From Deltaproteobacteria bacterium (GTDB taxonomy: Bacteria > Desulfobacterota > Dissulfuribacteria > Dissulfuribacterales > UBA3076), in contig JAGYNZ010000003.1 of NCBI GenBank assembly GCA_018399745.1, forward strand, positions 65,992 through 129,991: a stretch of 64,000 nucleotides of DNA, in the 5' to 3' direction. A model generated the notes under the pieces. It saw only the letters and a program-made list of their open reading frames with translations, was not told the origin of the DNA and searched no databases. The position numbers and the translations under genes were made by a program. How positions within the stretch are numbered: the stretch's first letter is position 1; each line of letters begins with the position of its first letter. Shown piece after piece: positions 1 to 10,273 of this stretch.

Positions 1-2
1 CC

Positions 3-560
3 ATGCTACTCATTGAAGTGGATGGAGTTCAGGAGTCTATTCCGAGACAGCTTGAGGCGGTCAAGAAATCATGCAGGAAATGTGGGGCAACCGACATACA
101 TGTGGCCAAGTCTAAGGAACAGGCAAAGGCCTTTTGGTCTGCCAGACAGGCCCTGGCCCCTTCTATTCGAACCCTTGGTTTTCCTGACAAAATCAATGAA
201 GACATATGCGTTCCAAGAAGCTGCCTGCCTGAGATAATGAGTAAACTGGAAAAGATAGGCAGGAAAAACCAGATCACAATCCTCAGCTTTGGCCACGCAG
301 GTGACGGTAATCTTCATGTAAATCTTTTGCTCGACCTGAGCAACAGGGAAGAGAAGCTCAGGGGAAAAGCCGCTGTAATGGAGGTCATGGAAGCGACCTT
401 GGCATTGGGAGGAACTATTTCGGGAGAACATGGAGTTGGTCTTACAAAAAGGCCTTTTATTCAAATGGAGATAGACAAGAAGGGCCTCGAGATCATGAAG
501 GGTATAAAAAAGTTATTTGATCCAGGAAATATTCTGAATCCCGGAAAAGTTTTTCCATAA
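3..560 (+). CDS. FAD-linked oxidase C-terminal part (GlcD / D-lactate dehydrogenase family). The 5' end lies outside the window.
   Basis: The ORF is open at the window edge. It carries the C-terminal motifs ISGEHGVGLTK and DPGNILNPGK, typical of FAD-binding oxidoreductase C-terminal domains. Confidence 0.7.
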   Translation: MLLIEVDGVQESIPRQLEAVKKSCRKCGATDIHVAKSKEQAKAFWSARQALAPSIRTLGFPDKINEDICVPRSCLPEIMSKLEKIGRKNQITILSFGHAGDGNLHVNLLLDLSNREEKLRGKAAVMEVMEATLALGGTISGEHGVGLTKRPFIQMEIDKKGLEIMKGIKKLFDPGNILNPGKVFP

Positions 561-714
561 AGGCCTTGGAAACAGTCAGTTACAGCCATTTTGTCCTTTC
601 GAACCGACATTTGAATATCGAATATAGAACAAGGAATTATGAATGCCCGATATAATGATCCCATAACCCTTCAGATTTGGAATTCTTTATTCAATATTAC
701 GCAGTAAAAACAAC

Positions 715-1407
715 ATGAAAGTCTCAGCCATTATAGTAGCAGCCGGTGCTGGTATTCGTGTCGGTGCAAATATCGCGAAACAGTTTTTAGCCCTTGGAGG
801 ACGGCCTGTCCTTGCTTGGAGTCTTAACACATTTGACAGATCAAGCATGGTAAACGAACTGGTAGTAGTAGCGCCTCCTTCAGACGATGGTTGTACTGTC
901 AAAATAACAGAGCAATGGGTAAACAGGGTCAGGGTCAAGGTGGTGCCGGGAGGGACAAGCAGACAAGAATCAGTAAAGGCAGGGCTGGATGCAGTAGATC
1001 CAAGGCTTGAGTGGATAGCGGTACATGATGCCGCAAGGCCACTTGTTACTCCTGCCCAGATAGAGGCTGTGTGTTTTTTGGCCCGTAAGATAGGATCTGC
1101 TATCCTTGCCGTTCCTGTATGGGACACGGTAAAAGTAGTGGACGAAAAAGGACTGATTATCAGAAGCCGGGACCGAAACCGTCTCTATATGGCCCAAACG
1201 CCTCAGGTCTGCAGAAAGGAAGATCTGCGCTCAGCTTATAGACTGGCAAAAGATAAGGGCATAAGTGCTACCGATGAAGCAGGCCTCTTGGAGATCGCAG
1301 GGATTAGCGTGGGTGTGGCGGAAAGCAGCCCCCGCAACTTCAAGATTACCACTCAGGAAGACCTCAATATGGCTGAAGCGCTGATTACTTCTATTAAGAC
1401 AGTATGA
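715..1407 (+). CDS. ispD: 2-C-methyl-D-erythritol 4-phosphate cytidylyltransferase
   Basis: 230 aa. N-terminal AIIVAAGAGIRVG nucleotide-binding loop, VHDAARP and RNFKITTQEDL motifs characteristic of IspD. Confidence 0.9.
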   Translation: MKVSAIIVAAGAGIRVGANIAKQFLALGGRPVLAWSLNTFDRSSMVNELVVVAPPSDDGCTVKITEQWVNRVRVKVVPGGTSRQESVKAGLDAVDPRLEWIAVHDAARPLVTPAQIEAVCFLARKIGSAILAVPVWDTVKVVDEKGLIIRSRDRNRLYMAQTPQVCRKEDLRSAYRLAKDKGISATDEAGLLEIAGISVGVAESSPRNFKITTQEDLNMAEALITSIKTV

Positions 1408-1434
1408 GCCTCTTAAAATATTCCCATAATAATT

Positions 1435-1466
1435 AAAGGGAGGCCCAGATTCCAGCGCCTCCCTTT
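1435..1466. terminator. Putative bidirectional terminator hairpin between convergent ispD and sat
   Basis: Perfect 10-bp stem AAAGGGAGGC / GCCTCCCTTT with a 12-nt loop in the 88-bp convergent spacer. The flanking T-run is weak. Confidence 0.45.
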
Positions 1467-1495
1467 ACATATTCAGCTAAAGCAAGCCTCAGCAG

Positions 1496-2794
1496 CTACT
1501 TCATAGCTTCGCCGGATGCAGCCTTCTGCATCTTGATCTCGACCTTTTCGGTCAGGCCTTCGTAGTACTCACGAAGGATGGCAAGAACCTCATCGCGACC
1601 GAAGTGATCCGGAATGTCTCCACCCTCGGAGAGCATCTTGCGCAGCTTGGTACCGCTGAGAATAACGCGGTCGTCCTTACCGTGAGGACAGGTCCTCATG
1701 GAGGCCATGCCGTCACACTTGTGGCAGTAGAAGGTCCAGTCGATCTTGAGCGGCTGGCAGAGCAGGGCCTTGCCCGGTACTTTACAGGCGTCCTCGTAGC
1801 TGGCATACGGTATCCTGTCAAAAATTTCCTGGGCCTCGAACATCCCATAGAAGTCACCAACACCGGCGTGATCACGACCTATGATCATTCTGCTTACGCC
1901 GTAATTCTGGCGGAACGTGGCATGGAGCAGGGCCTCACGTGGACCGGCATAACGCATATCCAAGGGATAGCCGCCCTGTACGACGTTATCGTCCACAAAG
2001 TAGCCCTTCACCAGTGTATCGATGCACTTTACGCGGACATCAGCCGGAATGTCGCCCGGCTTGAGAGCGCCAATCAAGGAATGGATAATAACACCATCAC
2101 AGACCTCAACTGCAATCTTACAAAGGTACTCATGTGAACGGTGCATGGGGTTACGCAGCTGAAGGGCAGCGACGGTGCTCCAGCCTTTTTCCTCGAAGAT
2201 GGCACGAGTCTCGGCCGGACGCAGGTAAATGTCTTTGAATTTAGTCGGGAACTCCCCTTCGGAGAGGACCTTCACTTCACCGGCCAGGCAGTAAGGTTTC
2301 CGGTTCAGGACACGTATGACACCGGGATGGTCCTCAGGGGCCACGTCCCAAAACTTGTCATCGGCGCTGTCCTCACCCTCACCTTTGTAAACAAGTTCGC
2401 ATTCCTTGCGCTTCATGTCTTCAGTCATCTCGAACTTTTCGTCGACCTTCATGGTGGCCATAAGCTCGCCATTGCAGACTAGGGCAATATCGTTACCCAC
2501 GCTGATGGCGTCGGCATCTTCTTTGGTAGCGGTCATCATGACAGGAACAGGCCAGAAAGTCCCGTCAGACAACATAAACTTCTCACAGACGCTCTGCCAA
2601 TCTGCCTTGTTCATGAACCTGGTTAGTGGACTGAAGCCGCCAATGCCCATCATGATAAGATCACCTCGCTCGCCCGGGGTAATCTCGATCTTCTTGAGAC
2701 CTTCGGCCCTTTCCTTTTCAGCTACCAGCTCGGAGCCATGGAGTAAGCACAGGGTCAAGCCTTTTCCGCCATGGGGAGGAACTAATTTTGACAT
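1496..2794 (-). CDS. sat: Sulfate adenylyltransferase (ATP sulfurylase)
   Basis: 432 aa. [12 protein letters not shown] and [10 protein letters not shown] motifs of ATP sulfurylase; GGAGA Shine-Dalgarno upstream of the ATG. Confidence 0.92.
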   Translation of the reverse strand: MSKLVPPHGGKGLTLCLLHGSELVAEKERAEGLKKIEITPGERGDLIMMGIGGFSPLTRFMNKADWQSVCEKFMLSDGTFWPVPVMMTATKEDADAISVGNDIALVCNGELMATMKVDEKFEMTEDMKRKECELVYKGEGEDSADDKFWDVAPEDHPGVIRVLNRKPYCLAGEVKVLSEGEFPTKFKDIYLRPAETRAIFEEKGWSTVAALQLRNPMHRSHEYLCKIAVEVCDGVIIHSLIGALKPGDIPADVRVKCIDTLVKGYFVDDNVVQGGYPLDMRYAGPREALLHATFRQNYGVSRMIIGRDHAGVGDFYGMFEAQEIFDRIPYASYEDACKVPGKALLCQPLKIDWTFYCHKCDGMASMRTCPHGKDDRVILSGTKLRKMLSEGGDIPDHFGRDEVLAILREYYEGLTEKVEIKMQKAASGEAMK

Positions 2795-3275
2795 GTTTTT
2801 TGTCTCCTTTTATGTTATATTATTTGCAAAAGATCAATATATCTTCGGTAATTTCGGAGAGTTAGCAATACAACTTACCCACCCCTAACTTTCTCAACAC
2901 CTGGAGTCCAAAAATCTAATTGAATGATGCAACAGTGTCTGGTAATCTCTCCAAAACGAAGACATTTCGACATAGGTTTTTTATTACAACCCCTTCTTTT
3001 TGTCAAGAACAGAATGAATGCGGATTCATGAAATTGCGGACCTCGATGTAAAATTTGTCTCTTCAAAAAGCCTGCGGATCCGGTCTTGGTCTAAAAACAT
3101 CTGCGTCGCGTGCCCCATATCTACTCTGTTGAAAAAATAATGATTCATGTAATATAGATCATCAACTTTAATGGAGATAAATCAGGCACGGAAAATGCGC
3201 AGGCATAAAATGCCTTTCATGCTTTCAAAATAAAATAATAATTATGTGTGCTCTTTATTAAGGAAGTTTTTTTCA

Positions 3276-5282
3276 ATGAGTCTTTTAACAGTCATAAAGG
3301 CATGTCTTTCTTTTACGGGAAAGCAAATTTTTAATGAAATCGGCTTTCAAGTGGAGCCCAAAGACCGTGTAGGCCTGGTAGGCCCTAATGGATCGGGGAA
3401 AACCACTTTGCTCCGTCTCATAATTGGGGATATTACGCCGGACAGCGGAGAGATCAGGTTGGCAAAAAGGAGCCGGGTCGGATACCTGCCCCAGGATGTC
3501 CAAGAAACCTTGTCGGGTCCTCTCTTGCAGTCTGTTGTCGAATCTGTTCCCGGAAGGGTACAACTTAATAATGAGCTCAGCAAGGCAGATGCATCCCTTA
3601 AAAATTTGTCTTGTAAACATGATCAGATAAGGGCTGGCGAAAATCTGGCGGAAATCCTTCAGGAGATCAACCGACTTGACATGGAATATCCACCTCATGC
3701 AGCGGGAAAGATCCTTTCAGGACTTGGCTTTGTTACGTCTGATTTTGACAGACCTGTTTCTTCTCTGAGCGGTGGATGGAAAATGAGAGCGGCTCTGGCC
3801 AGCCTTCTTTACCAGAGGCATGATCTGCTCCTCCTGGATGAGCCGACCAATCATCTTGACATTCCTGCCGTGCACTGGCTTGAGCAATTTCTTCAGGACT
3901 TCGACGGCGCCATTATTCTTGTCTCCCATGACAGGGAGTTCCTGAACCGTCAGATCAAAAGCATTATCAGCCTTGGGCATGAAGGAATGAGATCTTACAG
4001 CGGCAATTACGACTTTTTCGTAAAGGCCAGTGATGAGGAATGTAAAACACTGGAGGCAAAGTCCAGAAAGCAGGAGCAACGAGTCAAACAGGCAGAGAGA
4101 TTTATTGAAAGATTTCGTGCCAAGGCCAGCAAGGCGAGGCAGGCACAGAGCAAGATTAAATTGCTCAAAAAAATGGAACTAGTAAAGGGTCACTGCAGAG
4201 TGAAGACAACCCATTTTTCTTTTCCCGAGGTCCCTCGAAGTGGAGAAATTGTAGTATCAATTAATGGTATGGCAAAGGGATTTGATGAAAAGTCTTTGTA
4301 TAAAAACATAAATTTGACTGTGTCAAGGGGGGAACGGATAGCAATTATAGGTACAAATGGATGCGGCAAGACAACCCTGCTCAAGATGCTGGCCGGTGAA
4401 ATAGAGCCGGATGAGGGAAAAATATCTCTGGGGCACTCGGTCAGCATGGCCTACTTCGCGCAACATCACTCAAATATGCTTGACCTTCAAAAGACAGTAA
4501 TTCAGGAGGTGCATAGGGTGGTCCCGGATAAGGGCATCGGTTTTGTAAGAGAAGTCTGTGGGGCGTTTCTTTTCTCGGGTCAAGATGTGGACAAGGCTAT
4601 AGATGTCCTTTCCGGAGGTGAAAAGGCCCGCGTCTCTCTTGCAAAGCTTCTTGTCAAGCCTGGAAATCTCATGTTGATGGATGAGCCTACCAATCATCTG
4701 GACATTTCATCTTCAGAGGCATTGATCAATGCGCTTTCCGAATACAACGGCACCCTGCTGTTTGTTTCGCATAACCACTCATTTATCAAGAGTCTGGCAA
4801 CAAAAATCTGGGATATCAGGAAAGGCAAGATAATAGAATATCCGGGAAATCTAACAGAATATTTTCACCATATTGCCCTTATGAAAAATGATTCAGCGGG
4901 TTCTTCCCTCCGGGATTGCACAAATGAAGAAAGTGGAAAAAACAAGACATTAGACAAAAAAGAACAAGACAGGAAAAAAGACAGAAGGCAAAAGGCGGAA
5001 AGACGTCAACTGGTATACAATACCCTGAAACCGCTCCTAGCTGAAGTAAAACGGCTGGAGAGACAAATCGCTGTACTTGAAGTAAGACAAAAAAATTTAG
5101 AGAAATTATTTGGAGATCCGGACATTTTTAGTGATAAAAACAGGGGGGTACCGCTCCTCAGGGAACACAAAGCACTCAGAGAAAAGCAGGATAAGTTGTT
5201 ACTGAAATGGGAACAGAATCAGGATAAACTGGAAATAACAAGAAAAGAGCTGGGGGTGGGTCTGAACAGCTATACATCATGA
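3276..5282 (+). CDS. ABC-F family ATPase (Uup/YbiT-like translation factor type) with a C-terminal K/R/E-rich coiled coil
   Basis: Two ABC cassettes: Walker A GPNGSGKTT and GTNGCGKTT, signatures LSGGWKMR and LSGGEKAR, Walker B LLLLDEPTNHLD and LMLMDEPTNHLD. No transmembrane domain. I placed the start at the ATG (MSLLTV), 30 nt inside the track ORF. Confidence 0.85.
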   Translation: MSLLTVIKACLSFTGKQIFNEIGFQVEPKDRVGLVGPNGSGKTTLLRLIIGDITPDSGEIRLAKRSRVGYLPQDVQETLSGPLLQSVVESVPGRVQLNNELSKADASLKNLSCKHDQIRAGENLAEILQEINRLDMEYPPHAAGKILSGLGFVTSDFDRPVSSLSGGWKMRAALASLLYQRHDLLLLDEPTNHLDIPAVHWLEQFLQDFDGAIILVSHDREFLNRQIKSIISLGHEGMRSYSGNYDFFVKASDEECKTLEAKSRKQEQRVKQAERFIERFRAKASKARQAQSKIKLLKKMELVKGHCRVKTTHFSFPEVPRSGEIVVSINGMAKGFDEKSLYKNINLTVSRGERIAIIGTNGCGKTTLLKMLAGEIEPDEGKISLGHSVSMAYFAQHHSNMLDLQKTVIQEVHRVVPDKGIGFVREVCGAFLFSGQDVDKAIDVLSGGEKARVSLAKLLVKPGNLMLMDEPTNHLDISSSEALINALSEYNGTLLFVSHNHSFIKSLATKIWDIRKGKIIEYPGNLTEYFHHIALMKNDSAGSSLRDCTNEESGKNKTLDKKEQDRKKDRRQKAERRQLVYNTLKPLLAEVKRLERQIAVLEVRQKNLEKLFGDPDIFSDKNRGVPLLREHKALREKQDKLLLKWEQNQDKLEITRKELGVGLNSYTS

Positions 5283-5773
5283 ATATGAATAAGATTCGAA
5301 TAGGTTTCGGCCATGACGTGCACAGGCTTGTGAGCGGACGTGCACTTATCTTGGGGGGCGTGAAAATTCCATACCCTTATGGCCTTCTTGGTCACTCTGA
5401 TGCAGACGTCATAACACATGCCCTGTGTGATGCGCTCCTTGGAGCTGCCGCCTTGGGCGACCTGGGGCAGCATTTCCCTGACAGTGATCCACGCTATGCA
5501 GGAATTTCAAGCATAGAACTCCTAAAAGAGGTAATCCAAAAAATTGCCTCTTCCGGATGGAAATTGGGAAATGCCGACATCACTCTGGTTGCCCAGGCCC
5601 CTAAAATCGTTCCTTATGTGACTGAGATAGCACAAAATATATCTAATGCCTGTGAAGTATCTGTAAATAAGATCAACATAAAGGCAACTACCACAGAAGG
5701 ACTTGGATTTATAGGGACCGGAGGGGGTATGTCTGCTTATGCGGTTGTAACAATAGCATCTGTGAGATCGTAG
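5279..5773 (+). CDS. ispF: 2-C-methyl-D-erythritol 2,4-cyclodiphosphate synthase
   Basis: 164 aa. IGFGHDVH and GHSDADV metal-binding motifs. Its start overlaps the ABC-F stop. Confidence 0.92.
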   Translation: MNMNKIRIGFGHDVHRLVSGRALILGGVKIPYPYGLLGHSDADVITHALCDALLGAAALGDLGQHFPDSDPRYAGISSIELLKEVIQKIASSGWKLGNADITLVAQAPKIVPYVTEIAQNISNACEVSVNKINIKATTTEGLGFIGTGGGMSAYAVVTIASVRS

Positions 5774-6543
5774 GGTCCAGCCAGTTTGCTTCCTTCCCTG
5801 TCATATAGCTGGAAACCCTTGACTGAAATCTCTCCTCGTGCAAGGGATCTTATGGTCTGGACGATAAGCGGAAGCTCCCTTTTTACCCCCTCATTGCGGA
5901 TTTTGGCAAAAAGTGGTTGTAATTCTCCATATGTTTTCTTTATCTCCTCAAGACTTGATCTTTGAAGTTTATGCTCAAACTGCTCCCACAGGGAATCCCA
6001 GGCACCACCCTGTATGGGAAAGGAACAATAGGTGATAGCAGGACCTTTGTCGAGTTCCGAAGTCACAAGGTGCATCATGACTCCGGTCTTGTCGGCCCTC
6101 TGATCCAGCAAATGCCAGATCACCTCTTGCCAGGTTCCGGAAGGGCCTCCAGGGGCAGCAGGATGGAGGTTAATAATTGAGAGTTTCCTGCAGATCTCCG
6201 GGCTGACTACCCACATATAGCCTGCGAGCACTACCACCCCGGCCGTAAAACCTTTCACTTTTTCAAAGACCTCTTTGTGATAGGCCTGTCTCCATAACTC
6301 ACGATCCTGTTTCCTGAGATCAGGACGGAAACGCACTGCTGAAAGGCTGACCACAGGAATACCATGGTATACAGCCATTTTTACCAACCTGTCATTAAAT
6401 TCGCTTTCACCAGGTTCCCTCGAAGAAAATACATATGAAACTTCTCCGGGAATAACCTGATCTTTAATAGCATTGAAAACGGCCTCAAATAAATCAATGG
6501 CTGCCTGGTCTCTACCGGTTGTCCACCAACCGAAATTCCACAT
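5737..6543 (-). CDS. PurN-like formyltransferase family protein with a C-terminal extension
   Basis: VVVLAGYMWVVSPEI...INLHPAAPGGPSG and GVMMHLVTSELDKGPAI align by eye with the PurN motifs LAGFMRIL..NIHPSLLP and GCTVHFVTEELDGGPVI. The HPSLLP motif is altered. Confidence 0.6.
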   Translation of the reverse strand: MWNFGWWTTGRDQAAIDLFEAVFNAIKDQVIPGEVSYVFSSREPGESEFNDRLVKMAVYHGIPVVSLSAVRFRPDLRKQDRELWRQAYHKEVFEKVKGFTAGVVVLAGYMWVVSPEICRKLSIINLHPAAPGGPSGTWQEVIWHLLDQRADKTGVMMHLVTSELDKGPAITYCSFPIQGGAWDSLWEQFEHKLQRSSLEEIKKTYGELQPLFAKIRNEGVKRELPLIVQTIRSLARGEISVKGFQLYDREGSKLAGPYDLTDAIVTTA

Positions 6544-6556
6544 ATTCCCTCCTTTT

Positions 6557-7582
6557 TCAGGCCTTCAGCCTGTCCAGCCAAACTCTGCCAAAGGTCGACA
6601 TGGAAAGAGCGGCCAGTTTTACACCAGACATGAGACATTTATGGATCGATGCCCCTTGAAGCATAACATGCAAAAAACCTGCATTAAATGCATCTCCTGC
6701 ACCGGTATTGTCAACTATTTTTAAGACCTTTTCAGCAGGAATTGTCATGGATAAATTAGGACTATAAATGGTCGCGCCCCTTGAACCCTGTTTGCATATT
6801 ATCACAGACCCCCCCGTGTCCTGGAAGAGCTTTAATCCTGAAGAATCTTGACTTGTCCGGTTCTCATTCAACAGTGGATAAATGGCCTCAAGTCCGGCAT
6901 TACCTGTCCTGCCTGTCATTAACTTTACCTCTTCCTCCGTTATAAAAAGTATATCCGTCCTTTTCAGAATGCCTGCCAGTGCTTCAATGCCCCTTGTTGC
7001 ATAAAGCTCCCCTGGATCAAAAGAGAGTATCTGTCTCTGCCCAAGGGCACTGGCTAGCTCTATCTGGATAGAAATTCCATGAGACTGAACCAGGGAACTG
7101 AAATGAAGCACTCTTGTATCCAGCACGCTTTTCAGAACCGCAGAATTCAGAAATTCCATCTCAGGGTCTTGAGGAACAACAAACATGGCCCTGTCCATTT
7201 CCATCTTTTCTATTACAATTATACAGATTGCACTCCTGCCGACCTGCTTCACAAGGGAATAATCCACACCCTTCATAGAACTCAGTATGAAATTACCGGC
7301 CTCGTCTTCACCTGCCGCACCAACAAAGCAAACTCTGTGACCGAGACGGCTAAGCGCACATATGGTGTTGGCAGAAGAACCGCCTCCGCTTTGGGCCATG
7401 AGCACTCCATGGCTATGGAGAAAATCCATAAGGGCTTTCGCCGTTTTGTGGTCGCCTGATATCTCGTGTCCAGGATAGAGATTAAAGCCCTCCGACCGAA
7501 CATCCTCAAGGTTCTTAATCTCAAAGACAAGATCTAGATTGAGTGCCCCTGATCCCAAAAAATCAATCATTAGGTCAATCAC
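6557..7582 (-). CDS. PfkB-family carbohydrate/nucleoside kinase
   Basis: GGGSSANT N-terminal motif and DNTGAGDAFNAGFL C-terminal PfkB signature. The start is either GTG 7582, which overlaps the rmuC stop, or ATG 7570, which follows an AAGAGGTGA Shine-Dalgarno. Confidence 0.75.
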   Translation of the reverse strand: MIDLMIDFLGSGALNLDLVFEIKNLEDVRSEGFNLYPGHEISGDHKTAKALMDFLHSHGVLMAQSGGGSSANTICALSRLGHRVCFVGAAGEDEAGNFILSSMKGVDYSLVKQVGRSAICIIVIEKMEMDRAMFVVPQDPEMEFLNSAVLKSVLDTRVLHFSSLVQSHGISIQIELASALGQRQILSFDPGELYATRGIEALAGILKRTDILFITEEEVKLMTGRTGNAGLEAIYPLLNENRTSQDSSGLKLFQDTGGSVIICKQGSRGATIYSPNLSMTIPAEKVLKIVDNTGAGDAFNAGFLHVMLQGASIHKCLMSGVKLAALSMSTFGRVWLDRLKA

Positions 7583-9135
7583 CTCTTCTCGTTTTTCGCA
7601 TGGACTTGATCACTAACAAATTCCGGCACATGAAGCATCCTGGACGATCTTTCTATAGGTATCACAGGTGGAATTTCTTTTTTTGAAGCAGTGCCAAGTT
7701 CCTTAAAGCGTCGAGCCGCCGGCAGTATTCGACTCTCTAAAGAACCTGCCGCCTTGTTGTAATTCTCTACGGCTCGATCCAGCCCTTTACCCACTCCGGA
7801 AAAATGATCAACAAAGGCAAAAAGGCGTTCATAGAGATCATTTCCGATTTTGCTTATTGCCTGAGCACTCTCGGCAATTTTCTCTTGTCTCCATCCGTAT
7901 GCCACGGCACGGAGCAATGCAATCAGTGTAGTAGGTGTCGCAAGAATTGTGCAGTCTTTTACGCCCTTTTCGATTAATCCTGGATCCTGTTCAAGGGCAG
8001 CACTAAAAAAGTTCTCCCCTGGTAAAAACATGACCACAAACTCCGGAGTCGACTCAAACTGTTGCCAATAGGCCTTTGAACTCAATTTTTTCATGTGTTC
8101 ATGCACCTGACGTGCATGGTCCTTCAGGTATTCCAGTCTTGTCCTGTCATCTTTGGCTTCCATGGCCTCCAGATATGCCTGTAGCGGGGCCTTGGCATCA
8201 ACCACCACATTTTTCCCGCCTGGCAGGTTGACTATCAGGTCAGGCCTGATATGGCCGTCACCAGCCATAACTGTTTTTTGCTCAAGGAAATCACAATAAG
8301 GCAACATGCCGGCAATTTCGATAACCCTCTTGAGTTGAATTTCACCCCAACGACCGCGTACCGTAGGAGTTCGAAGGGCCTTAACCAGATTTCCTGTTGC
8401 TGATTGAAGTTTCTCCTGCGTGGTAATCAGTGACCTTACCTGCTCAGACAGACCACCGTAGGCCTCTTTTCGTTCCTTTTCTATCTCCTGTATCTGATAG
8501 TCAACCTTTAATAAAGACTCCCTGACAGGTAAAACCAGATTTTCTACTGCCTTTTGGCGCTGTTTTAGGTCGCCATGGGCCTCAATCTGAAATTTCTCAA
8601 GCGTTGCCCTTGCAAGATCAAGGAATGATTGATTATTATTCCTAAGGGCTTCGGCGGAAAGGGCCTTAAAAGCATCAGCCAAGTTTGTCTGGGCATTATT
8701 TAACATATCCAGCCTCTCTTGGATTGATCTTTTTTCATCTGTAATGTGGGTCTCTAATTCCGATAATCGCGTCTTAAGTTGGGTATTCTCCTCCTGAAGC
8801 CGGCAAATTCTTGATTCTTTAGTGTTCAATAAATCATTTAGTTCTGGAATGCGGGAAATCCTTTCCTCGGCAACCGACCGTCTCTCGGATTCAGTGTAAA
8901 TTTGATCTCTAAGGTCCTTTGTCTCTTCATTGACTTTTTCAAGAACTACTCCAAGATCCTGGATCTGTTTATCTCTCACAAGAATCTTTTCATTCAGGAC
9001 AATACGCTCAGATTCGCCTTCTAATCTCAATTGCCTCCGAACCTGAGTAATTTCAGCACGATGAAAAAGCCAAAAAAAACCAGCCCCTGAAAGAACGCCT
9101 GCAATGAATATGAAAACCGGAATAATGTTATCCAT
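7579..9135 (-). CDS. rmuC: DNA recombination protein RmuC
   Basis: 518 aa with an N-terminal transmembrane helix, a long coiled coil and a C-terminal RmuC nuclease-like region (GRWGEIQLKRV, PDLIVNLPGGKNVVVDAK, FVVMFLPGE). Confidence 0.85.
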   Translation of the reverse strand: MDNIIPVFIFIAGVLSGAGFFWLFHRAEITQVRRQLRLEGESERIVLNEKILVRDKQIQDLGVVLEKVNEETKDLRDQIYTESERRSVAEERISRIPELNDLLNTKESRICRLQEENTQLKTRLSELETHITDEKRSIQERLDMLNNAQTNLADAFKALSAEALRNNNQSFLDLARATLEKFQIEAHGDLKQRQKAVENLVLPVRESLLKVDYQIQEIEKERKEAYGGLSEQVRSLITTQEKLQSATGNLVKALRTPTVRGRWGEIQLKRVIEIAGMLPYCDFLEQKTVMAGDGHIRPDLIVNLPGGKNVVVDAKAPLQAYLEAMEAKDDRTRLEYLKDHARQVHEHMKKLSSKAYWQQFESTPEFVVMFLPGENFFSAALEQDPGLIEKGVKDCTILATPTTLIALLRAVAYGWRQEKIAESAQAISKIGNDLYERLFAFVDHFSGVGKGLDRAVENYNKAAGSLESRILPAARRFKELGTASKKEIPPVIPIERSSRMLHVPEFVSDQVHAKNEKR

Positions 9136-9521
9136 ATTTTACCGCCCTATTATAAAAAAATTATACTACAAAAAATTCTGCAATATGATTCTGTTATAAG
9201 TACCCAAGCTGAAAAAACTTACAAGTAATGTTGGATGTCGAATTAAGTAAGAAGATTTAACCTTGATTCAAAACTCAATATTTATTCCATGTAATATGGG
9301 CGCGGTAATTACACAAAACAGCGAATTAGAATAATTTCAACAGAATAAAAAATAGGAAAGACCTGACCGTCTCTACTTTCTTTGATTCGAAAAGACCTGG
9401 ACAAATTCTTGAAAGTTTTGAATACTATTTTCTCTTTGACGTAAATAGCTTTCAACCAAATTAAAGTATGCTTAAACCACTCAAACTCCTAATGGATTTA
9501 ATCAGACTGTTTTTTATGCTG

Positions 9522-10003
9522 CTATCGATACCAATAAACCCTTATACTTTTTTCTGCATCACCATACTGGAAATCAAAATCACCCTGATAGGCCCTTGAA
9601 AGGGCATCTCCGATCCGGCGTGCTATATGGACCCCTGTTGTGGTTACAAGAATATGATCTTCTTCATCAACAATGGACATGATCCTTTCCATGGGGTGTT
9701 CTCCCTTCTCCTGTTCTTCCTCATTGCGTATGAGATTCAAAATCTCTTTCCGGTGTCTTTTAAAGAAAGGCCCTTTTATCTCTATGCGACCGGCCGGATA
9801 GTTGTCGGCAATGCGCTGACAGGCAGGGCAGATTACCCTGTTGGAATCAACCGGAGGTTTTTCCAGGACCACCGTCCGTCCAAGAAAAGGGCCTTGCATT
9901 CAGTACACATCGTCGGCTCTGTCCATTTGCCTGACTCTCTGTAAGTATCATGCCGTTTTTCTTTAACCAATCTGTCTATTCTGGCGTATTGACTTTTCTC
10001 CAT
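9522..10003 (-). pseudogene. BCAM0308-like small Cys-motif protein split by a 1-nt frameshift
   Basis: The N-terminal part (MEKSQYARIDRLVKEKRHDTYRESGKWTEPTMCTECKALFLDGRWSW) is in one frame (10003 down to about 9868). The C-terminal part (EKPPVDSNRVICPACQRIADNYPAG...) is in another (to 9522). The frames switch at CCAGG/T5, about 9858-9867. The family name is from memory. Confidence 0.55.
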
Positions 10004-10248
10004 GATACGTCTCCCGATATCTATCGAGTCTTTTGAAAAATTGATGATTTTAAAAAATACATTATGGACTTCTTGAGCCCGGGTCAAGGGCCTTATAACG
10101 TAGTACTTATTTGGGAAGGATATTTTTCCCCAATTGCTTTTGATTATTGGACAACTTTGTTGACTCAGGACCTGATTCGGCCTGCGCAATTACCTTGACA
10201 CTCCAGGCAAATCTTGTTATCAACTTCAACGCCTTGAGGATAAATTTT

Positions 10249-10256
10249 TGTATAAT
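10249..10256 (+). promoter_or_regulatory. Possible extended -10 promoter (TGTATAAT) for tRNA-Val
   Basis: TGnTATAAT lies 18 nt upstream of the tRNA 5' end. I found no good -35 element. Confidence 0.3.
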
Positions 10257-10273
10257 TTTAAATAACTGTGGAA

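Noticed and set aside
1604-2888. Plus-strand ORFs of 177, 113 and 160 aa.
   Set aside because: They are entirely antisense to sat, which has clear ATP sulfurylase motifs, and they have no recognisable motifs of their own.
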